Positions 35,718 through 49,100 of a DNA stretch of 64,000 nucleotides are shown here, in pieces. The notes beneath the pieces are model-generated. The model saw only the letters and a list, made by a program, of their open reading frames with translations, was not told where the DNA came from and ran no database searches. The position numbers and the translations under genes were made by a program. The DNA comes from Auanema rhodensis (taxonomy: Eukaryota; Animalia; Nematoda). The stretch is from NCBI GenBank assembly GCA_964057225.1, contig OZ059894.1, positions 5,704,001-5,768,000 on the forward strand, given 5' to 3'. Each line of letters begins with the position of its first letter. Position 1 is the first letter of the stretch.

Positions 35718-38700
35718 TTAAACGGCAACGGCTGTTTCAGCAGCTTCCTGAAAGGCAATCTGAATTATACGTTTAGGATGCAACAAGTGTCCAGGACAAG
35801 GATAAGAAAGAATTAATTTCTACCTTTTTCAATCGCTCATTCAATTCGCTAGCTTCTGTTTCTTCCATGTCTTCGTCTTCTACATATTCTTCTTTGCTGT
35901 TTGATGAAGCGCTCGTAGCCGGTTGACTTGATGGATTAGACACATTCAAAGCCTGTAAGCTCTATATATCACAGTTGATGCTATCTAATCTACATGAATA
36001 AATTTCAATATTATTACCTGAAGCCAGTTGAGAACAATCTGATTGCTCTGTGAAACAGCGCTACTTGATGGCTGAGCCGTGGAGCTAACAGGAGTATTGG
36101 ATAGAGCCAAAAGAGATGTAGCATCAGCTAAGGCTGATGGTGTTGGTCGTGGACGGCCTGAAATATTATTCCAATAAGTATTTCAAACCGGAATGGACAA
36201 ACATACCGCTTGGGGAGTCCTCACGTGCGTTTGACTGACTGCTGTTAACGACGCACTTTCTCATGTGCTTCTCAAGAGTTGAGTGAACAGAGAATGGCAT
36301 CTGACAGATATAGCAGTGATAGGTCTCTTTACCTTGCTGACCGTGTGTTCTCATATGTCTTGTTAATTTGCTACTTTGAGCACAAGCATATGGACAAAGC
36401 TGACACTTATATGGCTTTTCTCCAGTATGACTACGGAGATGAACGATCAGATTAGATCTGTTGGTAAAGACTTTCATGCAGTATGAACATCTCTCTTTCT
36501 TAACATTCAGTTGGCGACGGGCTGCTGGCTCAGCAAGCTCATTGTCATCAACTACGATGAATGGCTCAGTTTCTTCTTCTGTTCGCTGGTTTTTACGAGG
36601 TGTTGCTTCATCTTCTGCTGGGCTGCGTCTCCGAATTGCAGCTGATCCTGGTCGAACAGGGTTTGGAGTAAAAGCAGATGGTTCATCTGATTTCCCGATA
36701 GAGCTGAACAAGTTTGATTGTTGTGCTGTTAAGCTGTTGAGTCCAAGAATAGTAGCGGCAGCAGCGGCAGAATTGTTATAGTGGTGCATAGAACTATAAT
36801 AATCTTGCATTGCTGTTAAAACTTGTGGTTGCATCCAAATCTAGAAATAAACATTGAAATATAATTTTGTTTGAATCTTTGTGATACCCCAAGACCGGTA
36901 TTGTTGGCAATTCCGTTAACGGGATTCATGTTGTTCTGTCCCAATGATGTCGATGTAAAGGCACTGGCAACATGCTCATCATCCGTCTCCTCTGTATTAC
37001 CTCTGCAATAAATGTTATGTGAGAATCTCGGCATTCACGGTTATCATACCTTTTAACTCCAGTTTTGTTATCTCCAGTTTCAGAAGAGGCTTTCTCAGCA
37101 ATTTCTTTCAATCGTTCAGAGCAAAATGCTGATAAATTGAAAGCGCTTTTTGCACTAGGTTGAAGAACGTTTCCATTTTTCAAGGGTGTTGATTCTCTGA
37201 ATGTGCGTGAAAGCGAGAAGGAATCCGAATGAGAATTTGGCGAAGATGTAGATGTGCAGGAATGGTTGTCAGGTAAGTCTTCTTGACATATCCGGAGAGC
37301 ATGAGCTGAATAGCAATGCTTGACCAAGTTCCAAATATCCCCAAATCGTTCTTTACATGTGTAGCATGTAACAGAGCCACGGCGGCTGATATTATCTGAA
37401 AAAAAGCTTCAATTAAAATAAATATATATATAACAATAATATAAAATAAATTATCTTATATCTTAAGACCGAGTAATAACAAAACCAAAAATTTGAATTC
37501 ATGATTTGATATTTATTTTTTATTTCAGGAAGGATTCCCTTTTGAATTTAATTTTTTTCAAATAGCTTGAATGAGCTGTTTTATGATGTTGTGTGTTTTC
37601 TGTTGTGACGTCACAACAGCTTCAAGTTTCCGATCAAGCTTGATGAGCTAACCAAACAAATAGAAAGCGTTGGAGGCATGGGCAGAAACACCTTCAATAG
37701 ATTGGACATTATCCGGTATTTCTCCGTTCAGATTGTATGCTGCGAGTGTTTGAGGCTTCATTTCGTTATTAAAAATTACGTCGTTTTTACCAATTATTAT
37801 ATATCTCATAAACCTAACCAGTAATACAATTAAAAACTTTTCGATTGAATTTCTGATTTGGTATACCAAATAGATAACATAATAATCAAAACAAAAATTT
37901 AAAGTTCATACTCGCATGTCCCTCGTTTCCAAAATGCTGGAACAGCTAAGCAAGTAAAGATCGTTCGGAAAACGAGAAAGAGAAACGACCGATCACGTAA
38001 ACCTGCGTGTAGAGTCCTATGCAGTCACTACTATTTGCCGTCTTCGACATGTTTGCTTTTCTCTTTTCGCTTACACAGTGCCTCCGGGGCCATTCAGCCA
38101 CAGGAAGAAATGGCAAACAAATTCCTATTGACAGGACGATTTTGACTGTAAAGAGGTTCTGGTCTTCATGGCTAAGAAAGCCTCGCAGCTTTACGTGTGT
38201 ATATAATATGTAAAAACGAGAATAGGATGACAAAATTTTAGCTCGAGAAGGAAAAAGTGGTAAGTTACAGCAACTAGTCAATATGATGACAGTTTATTCT
38301 AAATACCAAAATGGAGAAGAAGAGAACATTCAATAAAATATAAGAACTATTCGATCACAATAGGAATGCAAAAGGCATTTCAAGAAAGAATTTCCTTTGC
38401 CCCATTTTTATCTAGATATCCAATAGAATTTGTTGACGGGGCTCTGTATTGCTAAATGGAAATGTGGATTTCATGTGTGCACAGATGGACACGTATGATC
38501 ATAACGTGCTTCAGCATTCAATTCCAATATGTATTTTGGAATGACATTTTTTGCTTCTTTCCGATTATGACGTTTTGAAAAGCTGTTTTGAATAGCACTT
38601 TTTGACAGCATGTTGTAGAAGAAAATTGAGTTAACAATGTCTACTATACTTTGAGACGGTTAAGTGAATGCGAGACCACCCTTTTGACATCCTAAAAGAC

Positions 38701-41700
38701 TCGTCCTTTATCTGAACTTTGATGGGATGCCACAATACAGAAGTGAAGGTAGTCAAATCTTTTCAATCTTCAATGAGATACGTTGACTTGTACAATATCT
38801 AAGAATGTGTTCGCTTGAAAACATTTCATCTCTCTAATTTTCGTTCTTTTCTAGACAGTTCCTCTTATGATTCTTGGCCCTTGGCAAGGAGAGAGAGCAC
38901 GATGTCGTTAGCCTTGTAAAAGCAGGTTTCAGACTTTCTAGAAAAGCTCTCCAATCCATTATCCTATAGATTCTATCCTAAAACAACCTTGAGACATGTC
39001 AAGACCTTAGTAAACGAAAATACCCCTTCAATGTATATACATATATCTACATACTATGTTATGAACTAATGGTACGCAATCAAAAAATTCCTCTCGCTTG
39101 AATTTAGAAAAAACAGAGCTAAACAGAAAATAAATAACTGCCACAGTATTATTGAGAATCGAATGTTGTTACTTCTCTTCTTTCTCTCTTAAACTATCAA
39201 AACATTTTACTCTTCGAATGGCTATCTTTGTGGCTGTAATCCTCAGTCTTTCTTGCAATCTCTAATCTTTTTCTGTGAACCATACTCATCATACACAACC
39301 ATCGTCAATTTAAAAAAACGTTGACTTTTCAATGGCTATTCAACTATTTGTACATCATATGACAAACTCTACGGCAACCACGAGTCTCTAAAGTAAGCAA
39401 GAGTTGTAAGAGATTCAAACCAAATCTCCACTGTAGATACTGTCCCTTCTATCTTAACGAACAACACATCAGACATATTCTTCTTTGCTCTCTTCTATGT
39501 CATCATCGTCAGTTGTTTCTGATTGTCACTTGACCATATCATATTTTTTCGTTAGCGTTACGCCAATCACCCCTCACTCCTCAATCTTTGGGAGAGACTG
39601 AAAACCACAACTAACAGTGATTCACATATTCCTCTTTATCAATCTTTTTTTTTCTCTCTCTCTCAGACCCAGACATGCACAATAAGACAGATTCAAGGGA
39701 GCGGGATAGAAGAAAACAACATGTTGACACTGGATCACGTGTAGTGCCAAACTGGGTGATATGATTGTTTCATTCTTGCAATATTTATCCGACAAGATAG
39801 AACATATAATTTCTTTTTAAAGTTTTGTTGTAAAGAAATTTAAGAATAACAAGCTTCCAAATTCCCTCATACCAATCTGTTACTGTAGCGAACACGTAAG
39901 TAAGAAAAAGTGTTCTTTAAGCGATAGAAATGACGACGATATGAAGTAATAGGTCAAAACTAGTCTCAAGAAAGTTGTGTGTGCATAATAGGTTGAGGTT
40001 GGCTTGCCGATTATGACATGCCTGTATGACGATAGTTATCGTCGTATTTCCTTCCAACGCTACTTTCTTTCTAGTCATCAACATTGCCAATCATTTGTAG
40101 AAAACATATCGATGCCAAAGACAGTGGCACCAAAACTTTATTTTTCTCTAAATTAATACTTCAGCTGCTTGCAAGGTCTGAATTGTATACGAGAAATCCA
40201 AGAGGCATGACGATCATGCTCTTCTGGTATGTCCCTGCTCGATGTGGCAAGTTCTGCTTGACTGAGTCTGTCAATATGTGATCGAAGTCTTTTGGCTATA
40301 CAGTAACCGAGAGTAAATAGAGATAGAGAGATAGTTGAATTTTAAAAAAAGTAGAGGAGTGTCAGAGATTGAAAGAACCGCAAGCTGGCAAATTGCGTAA
40401 TATTCAGTTACTTTTCTCTCTTACTCTCTCTCCTCTATCAAATGAATTTAACTCCACCTCCATCTTTTCTATTTCTCATCGACCCTCTCTTTTACTCTTT
40501 TTCATATTCTTGTATACCAAAAGACTCTCCAACCTCATACATTTGCACAGTTTTTCAACGGCTAACTTCGACCAGCGGCCAACATAGACCGGCAAATGGT
40601 AACTAGAACAAATAGAAAAAGAATTCCACCGTTCTATTTTTGTATTAACCTCCCCTCTTCTCTCTGTATTTCGCTTTACCTCTGAATCATCTAGAAGGCT
40701 TGTGATTCTCTGTCTCTTCTCTTTGCTTATGACCGTCAAACAGTAGAAAGACGTAAGAGACCGAAAACGAGTCAATGTGGGCTTACTGATGCTGTGCTGA
40801 GATGAAGTCATAAAACAGTCTGCTATCCAGCTGGACAATATTACAGAAGAGAAGAAAAGAGAAACGTTTAGGAATAGAAAAAAGAACAGAAGAAAAAAAA
40901 ACAAAACAAAAAATTATATTTTCTTCCAGACACGTTTCTTTGTCTCATAGTAGTGAGAGTGAGAAAAGTATAGGGACAAGAGATACAAGTCAAAGAGTAC
41001 ATCATGTCATTATTCTGATTCCTGCCTTCTGAGGCCAAATTTCCGTTTTCAACTATCCTCACAAAACATTTCGATAATCAATGTGTTGTGAGTTTCTTTG
41101 TGTTGTCACGGCATCCAAATATCGTCTCATCGTCTCATTTTCATTTTTCTTCAATTCCTTACCAGATGGTCGACATATTTAAATTTTTTCTGTTAAATAC
41201 AACAATGGATTTCGCGCAATCGCCATAAAATTTAAGCATGTGGGGTTGTTGTTGACTGTTAGTACAGTTTAGACTGTTTTCCAGACAAAACATTTTCACA
41301 CAAACTATTTCAAAACCAGCAAATATCATCAAGCAACATCATCAGCATAATCATCGAACTGATTGTCAGCAAAATTTTGCAATAAAAAAGAAACAACCAA
41401 AAATGGTTTTCCATACTTAGGTGTGGCAAATAGGAAACAAGGAATCTTTCAAAGAAGTTCGTTCTTAATGGTCTGTAGATATTCTCCGCCTATTATCACT
41501 CATTGGAGATATGAAGTGCAAAATTTGAAATAATGAGTTAATCAGGAGACGGAGAACAATGTTGAAATGAAACAATACATTTTGAATCATAATCAGATGA
41601 TAGCATGAATACGACGTAAAATATAAATGAAAGAAAAATATAGTTCAGTCATATCCATTAAAATGTTTTTCAAATTTCTCGAAAAATAAATGAAGAAACA

Positions 41701-42803
41701 TACCTAAATCGTTAGTGTCTGTTGTTACATCCATGTTGTAGTTGAGTAATAAAGGATTAGCTGATGTGGATCGAATACGATGCTTCTGTAAAATCTATTG
41801 TTTTTAATTTTCTCTTTGTTCACTTTTTATATAATTTTTTATAATTAAATTTTTATTTACCAGTGTAGGTGTGAAAGTTCGTCGTCGACTTTGTCTGTCA
41901 AAGTTTACTGTTGAAGTCTCCATAACATCTGATGGTGTCATTTTACCTCCACAATTACTAATCTGTAATACGAACACAGTAACATCAGCTCATATGTTTT
42001 TTATAAAATTACTTTATGTTCAATGTACTGATTAAATTGTGATATTGGGAAATTCAAATTACATTCGCCACACAATATGGTATCATGACGTACTGGAGGG
42101 CTACTGGCTGCCCGTGAAAGTGGAGAGTCCGTAGCCTTAAACACCATTAGTTATAAACTTTAGATAATATCTATATATGATTATACCTTCATATCTGTTA
42201 AATCAACTTCAGCGGCTGATTCCACACCACTATCTGAGGAAGCCATAGGAGTACCGCCTGTAACACAACCGTTATGAGAAACTACAGTTAGGGCGTTGAC
42301 AATTGAATTCTTTGCTCAGTTTCTCTCATCCTGGCTTTCCTTCTTTTTTCTTTCTATCAATAGATCTCTCGTTTACTTTCTCTCGTTCTCTACTACTTTA
42401 TGTACAACGGCCGTTTATATTGTTGGTTTATTGGACCGTTGGCACATCTCAAACTCTATGCAGTTTCAAGATACTCTCGAAGTCAAACTTTTGGTTTCAA
42501 CCGAATATCTCTAATCAAATGCAATCTTAATAACTCTCTCTACTTTCTACTTTCTACATACTACTTGACTATTTGAAGCTACAACTAAAAATAATTTACA
42601 ATCAACTAAGTGCGAACCGCTGTTCTTGTCCGGCTGACCTTCGCTGTCGACTTCGCTTACGTTCTTCCGGCGTCGTCTACTAGCTCCCTCAACTACCTGA
42701 AACACAATTTTCGTCTATTTGCCAACAATGAGTGAATGGATAAAAAAATGAAATAAAACAAAATGTATATTACCTGCGACTTTGAGCGAGAGGCACTGCT
42801 CAT
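35718..42803 (-). CDS. bcl-11: BCL11A/B (CTIP) family C2H2 zinc-finger transcription factor
   Basis: N-terminal exons 42803-42774, 42696-42639 and 42257-42187 splice in frame ([43 protein letters not shown]). CCHC finger [29 protein letters not shown]; finger [27 protein letters not shown]-terminal triple fingers [71 protein letters not shown] match BCL11A ZF4-6. Stop TAA at 35720-35718. The start could alternatively be the ATG at 42246. Confidence 0.93.
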
Positions 42804-43114
42804 TTAAAATTGAACTGTTGTATATAAAAATTCGGACAAAAAAATCCGAAAAAAAAGATGCTGCCGCCTTCTGAATACTCCCCACAGATGACTGAGAAGA
42901 GATATGTATTAGAATCAGAGGCGTAGCACAAATCACCGGGTTAAAGATTCACAGGGATTAGCTAAAAATATTGCTGTTCCTGTAATAAAAATTAAATATT
43001 TATCGAATATGTTCAAGAAAGTTACCTCTGCTAGCTTTGCATACGAACTGTACTGTATAGTATATCAAATCTGTCCACCGAAATACACGGTAGTTAGATT
43101 AAAAAGTTGAGTAA
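42804..43114 (-). other. Spliced 5'UTR exons of bcl-11
   Basis: TTTCAG acceptor at 43116-43115, exon 43114-43026, a 46-nt GT-AG intron (43025-42980), then an exon from 42979 into the ATG at 42803. Confidence 0.6.
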
Positions 43115-46100
43115 CTGAAATGAGAAAATAAGTTTGATAAGTCTGTCCAACATACAAAGTAACGCGACAATAGAAACGAACAATATGTATATACGAGATT
43201 CGAAAATATAAAACTTGAATAGGGAATAATGCCTGAAGCCTATCAGCATTAAAAAATATTAAACAAAGAAAAGACCGAAAGAGAAATTATGACTGATAAC
43301 GGGCATTTGAGCAGAAGAGCCAAAAGCTCCTTATGGCAGACACACATAGACTGTAGAAAAAGAATATGATATGAGACTGATTCAAAAAGAAGACGAATAT
43401 ATAATAGTAATTTTAAAACAATTTTGATAAGAGATTATAGAAATTGAAGATCCGTTTCGACCATTCAGAAATAATGTGTTATTATGTTGATTTGTAGCAT
43501 AAAACATTAGATTCAGATACATACACAAAGGCAAAGAAAGGAAAAAAAAAAGAACAAAAAATTATCCGACTCATAGAAAAATTGCTTCCTGAACGGGAGT
43601 GAATTGAAAAGCCAAAAAAAAAGAAAGAGAGAGAAATAGACAGAGATGAAGATAGAGATACAGAAAGAATAGAGATAATTCGTTGCAGAGCCTGTATCAA
43701 CATATATCAAACAATCTATCTGAGCTTTTTGTGGTCATGGATAGATCAGAGGAGACGCAACAAAAACAGTGATACAGATGACAAAAAACAAGAGATAGGT
43801 AGGGAAAAAATAGAGGAGATAGAGATATGTATGCAACTAATGACTGTCAAGCTTTCATGTATTTGTGTATGTTCATGCTCATATTTTAGTTTTCACTATT
43901 AGAGAATGACAAAGAAACTAAAAATATCTCTGAAATGAGACTTTTTTTTTTGGAATATTGATGACGTAGTTATGTTGTGTGTATCTGAAAAAGTTTATGA
44001 TTTTCATTCACTCAACTTTTCCATGGAAACAGTATCGGACCATATACGTTATCTTAACTCCAACATACGTCAATGTCAATCTCTACAGGTTTTTATTTTC
44101 ATAAAAATTTCTTCCGTGAACATAGCTGAGAGAAAGGTGTCAAGTCAGCTAAGCATGGTCAATGTTTCAAATGGCTCAAGAAAGAAGAACAAGTTGATTT
44201 TTTGGAAGACCAGCACGGGACCCTTGACGGACATTAGCAGTAGCAAACTGAAAACAGGATCTGTGACTCTCTCTCTCTATCTCTGTCTTTCTCTTTCTTT
44301 GTAATTGTCCTCCATACTCGTCTAAGCAACTTTCTACCTCTTTCTCTCTATCTCTATTATTTTTTCTTTTTCTATATCGGTATAAGCGTACTCACTTGTC
44401 TCTTCTCTTGTTCTTCCCACTTTTTTCTCTTTTACTTGCCATCTAATGCAACAATAAACAGATAACATTGGAAAGATTATTGTAGAACGAGAGAGTAGAC
44501 GGGCAGAGTAAGAGGAAAAAACGAAAATAATATTATAATGAAGAGATAATAGAGATATATGTCTGTTTGAAAGTTTTTTTTGCTTTCGTTATAGATTGTT
44601 ACTCTGTATGTAGTCATTTAGTGATTTGATGATAAAAATCGCAATCTTCAAGTCATTATGAATGTCCATTCGGCTTAAAATATCGTGGTCTGAAAATTGT
44701 CTTTTAATTGAGTTTACAGAAGAGATATAATAGTGCTGATGGTACAAAGGTAATACTTAGAATAATAAAATATTTCGATAACTTTCTAAAATATAAATGA
44801 CACATACAGTCTGACTAACATTTGTCTGAGTTATCATTTTCTTAGTCAACTTGTCTCGGTCCTCGTTTTTCTCGAAAGCGAACGCAAGTGTTTCTTCTGA
44901 TTCTTACCAAAACAACCCCTTGGCTTCTGCTCAATTGCCAACTGAAGGCAGGACTTGTAGGTGAAGGCGAACAACGAATGACACAGATTGTAAAGTGGTT
45001 ACTGGTCACAATTTTGTCTGTACTCCCATCTACTAGTGTCTTTCTTACTACTTTTAATTTTCAACTTACGAGCCAAATTTTCAACCGTAACCTTGCCCAC
45101 CTCTCATTTCACTCTCTCTTCTCCTCTCTTTTCACAGCCATCATATTTTTCTCAACGTCTGACTCTAGTTCAGGTAAGCCATAACTATATCGTTTCACAA
45201 AATCAAAAGTTTCAGAAGCAATAGGGCGAAAACATTTTTTGAAAAAATATCAGTGATTAAATAATAAGAATATAGAAAAGATATACAAATTCAGATAGCA
45301 ATATAGAGGAATATATGTAGCTTATTCTAGCAGGTGTATGAATACATGACTGTAGAATTGTAATAGTGACAGAATGATTGCGTGATAGCAACTTGAAAAG
45401 GACATGTTAAGTTGGAAGAAAATTGAACTCTTGGCTCATTCCCTCTTTCATAGAGTGATGGGAAGACTGAGACAGCAACGGGATTGTCGCTTGTCGACCA
45501 GACAGCGGAAGAGTCAAGCCCGGAAGACGGTCCGGTAGGGGCGGAGTCCACGCGGAAACTGGACGGAAAGACCCCCCTCCCTATACGCAAATACAGAAGA
45601 GGTGGAGAGAGAGCAAAACCACGTATTGGAGAAAAAGAATTGAATAAAAAATAGCATGAGATTTTCAGGAGATTTCAAAGAAAAAAAGATAAAAAGGAAA
45701 TAATAAAAAGTTGAAGTGAAGAGAAAACATGCTGAGAAAAGGGGAAAACTGAGCAAGGTAAGAGCTTCGTCTGCTTATTCTTCTTCTACTAGAAGACAAT
45801 ATTTTATTTTACAGATTTATAAGCAAAAAATGGAAGAAAATTTCTGGGGGTTGAACAGAGCGACGTATGATGGACACGAAGATGAGACAAAAAGAAAAAT
45901 ATGTTGTGGGCGAAAATAAAAGTTTGGAAGTGAGAGTAAAAGTGGGCGATGGGTGGACTAGATGTCCAAACGAAGGGGAAAATAATAAGAAGAAGCTACT
46001 ATGGCAGGCCGCTAGACGAAGGCCAGATAGAAAGTGATTCGAATGAGATGAAAGTAAGTGTGTCGGATGATGTCTTACAGGCTTTCAACGAAAGGAAAGA

Positions 46101-49100
46101 TCCAAAAGTGAAAAGAAGTGAAGAGGAGAAAAACTGGAGTGGGAGGCCGCCTAGCTGCCGCTGACATCAAACTATCTAAAAGGGAAACTGGGAAGAGCCT
46201 TGCTACATCTGGTCTTTTTTCTCAAGCCACCCGTGTTAGTTAGCATCACAAGCAACACACAAAATAGCATATTGGGCAGTAGGAAGCGATGGACAGCTGG
46301 TGATGGTAAGAGAAAAGAGAAATACCACCAGAAGAACTATTTTACTGATCATGGCAAGGAATATTCATTGTTGACAGAATTGAGGAAAACTATCAAAAAT
46401 GTATGTGCAGAGACGTGAAAGACGACCCTGAGGATGAAAAAATGAAAATAATTGGAAGAAAACGAAAACACCAAATACAGAAAACAGTCAAATGTAGAAC
46501 GGATAGAGAAAGATTGGATAAATATCATCAAGCCGGTAGACGAGTGCGGCAGAAACAACCGAAAAAGGACCGAATAGAAGGTGAAATGTGGACGAGGTGG
46601 CGGGGGGGGGAGAGGCAGGGGGGGGTTGTTGGTGGGGGAAAGCGAAGAGGCGGAGGACCGGTTGGATGCCAACTCGCGTTTCTCTCTCACTTTCGTTGTC
46701 CCCCACACAAACCATCATCAGCAGGAGAAAGGACGGCGACGGTGACGGCGAGGCTACACATACAGAGAATACAAAAAAGAAGGAGTCTCCAGACAGACTG
46801 TCGTTAAGAGACTGTTAAAATGCATGGAGAATGCAGGCATTAATGGTGTAAGAAAAAATGGGAAGAGAAACAGCTTGGTCCCCCCCAAATGGTCGGTTGG
46901 ACAGAAGATAGTGACAGTCGGCGTCGACAACGTCGTCGTTGCGTAATCACACGCGAATAGCCCTTCAGGCATTGTGAAGATGAAAAGTGAGAGCTAGTTG
47001 GTCCAGCCCACAGTTTCGTGCTTGTTTCTTTTCGTTTTCCGGCTTTAGCAACGAAAGAGAAAGAGAAAAAAAGAAAGGAAGATCTACATCGTTTACGTGA
47101 TCAGGACGAGGAACGGCATTTGCAGAAGTAGAAAAAGAAACAGAAAACAATAAAAAGTGAAAGAAGCTAATGGTCATCTTAATTTTCGTATCAAGGCGGA
47201 TGATGAAATAGTTGAGGTGGAAGCGAAAGGAGTTGAATACAGTTCTAGACTGCAGCAGTGAGTCTAAAAAGGAACGTCTTGATCAGTTACTTATCAAGTC
47301 GAGTAGAAACAGTAGTCTACATTTGAACGTATCATTTTTCATATACTGTGTTGGACATTAGGACGCAGCTATCGACTATACGATTTTTGAGCTGAAGAGG
47401 TCCCAGGGCAAAGTAGGAAGGAAACGACTCACTTTTTGATAAGAAAAAGTGTGCTGACCGCAGAATATCTTTCAAAAATGATGGAACACTATAAATTGTT
47501 CAGATACCATACCATAACAATTCAATCAAGCAACACATCTTTTCTGAAATGAGTAGATGAAATCAAAGTATATTTTGTTGAAATAGGTGACGATAAGTAT
47601 CTTTAGCGAGAAAGAAAACAGGAGGTAAATATAAGGTAAGTACTCAAATTTGGCTTTTAGACATGAATGGAACAAAAAAATATAAACAAATGTAAATTAT
47701 TATAGTATGGATGTTGTTTTCAATACAAAAACTGAAAAATTCGAGAGAAAACAGTTGTTAGTGGGAAACTAGTGAGAGTTGGCAAAAAGGTGAAAGTGGT
47801 TATAAGAGAAAAAAGAGAAAGAGAGAGAGAGAGATAGAGAGAGAGAGAAAGAGATATTGAAAGAGAGGGAAAAGAAAGAAAAAAGAAACAAACTAGTGCG
47901 GAGCAGAGTTTTTTGGATTAACGTAGCAACTAAAAGTACGATAAATCAGGTACTGTTTTTACATATATCGTAAAAGTATTTTGATAAATTGTTTTAAAAG
48001 TTTGTAAAGCTCAAGTCATTTAAGTATCATGTCATCAAATGGCCCTGAAGACACAAACTGGAGGTGTCCAGAAACTACTGATAAGAACATCTACATGGCT
48101 TGACCGAAAAATCTAGGCTCCAGGGCAGTTGATAAGAAAGGCATATCGAAGAATCATGCCTTTTTTCTTTTTCCTGCGATATAGCCCATAGATGCCAGCT
48201 GCTGGTAAGAGATAGTACTACAAAAATGTACTTTGATTAAACATCTTCATAGTTAGACCAAAATGTTTTAATAATTTTAGATTTGAGTAAATCAGCTTCC
48301 AAGCATACTGTATTCTGAAACTATTAATAAGATGTTGAGGATGGAAACTTTGTGTTGTCAGCTTATTTGTCATAAACATATTCTTCACTCAAATGAGAAT
48401 GAAGAATTAATAAGAGTGAGTACAAGAACAAGAACAAGACTTATAAAACAGAAAAAAATGTTTTTCTGTTTTTTAACAGTTTTGACCATCTGATGAAAAT
48501 AGATTGCATTTAACTTTCACCATGTGCAATGAAACTGTTTTGTTTTGTTTTTCTTTTTCCTCTTTTTAATTTGGCTGTCTCATTCACTTTTTTTTCTGAT
48601 ATTTACTACTTAGCCTTCAGGCTCACATTTAGTCATTTAACGATATTTTTTCCGAGGAACACACCGCAACGCAGAGTGACAAAGTGATGTGTAAGCAATA
48701 TGTAAAACGTATGCAATATGTTAAAAACGTAGATGTGGATAGGATAAAATAAAAAGGAGGAAAAATATTGTTAACGAAACAAATTAAAATCAAAAATATA
48801 TATAAGCTTATCAAATTAGGATTTTCCTATTAATTTTCTGATGACGATTACTATTACCTTCTTCATATTATGTATTACTTTTTGTTGTTAATCAACGATT
48901 TCAATGCCATTATACTATCACCAAAGATTGATAACTGTCACTCTATTCTTCATCCTTCATGTGTTCAAAAAAGATTTTTATCAGCTTTTTCGTTTTCTTT
49001 CTCTTCCATTCTTATAGGCAATGATGAAAGCAGAGCTTTTAGCATGTTTCTATCGTATGTTTGCAAATAGTTGCGAGTGTGACGTCACAAAGCGCCTGAG

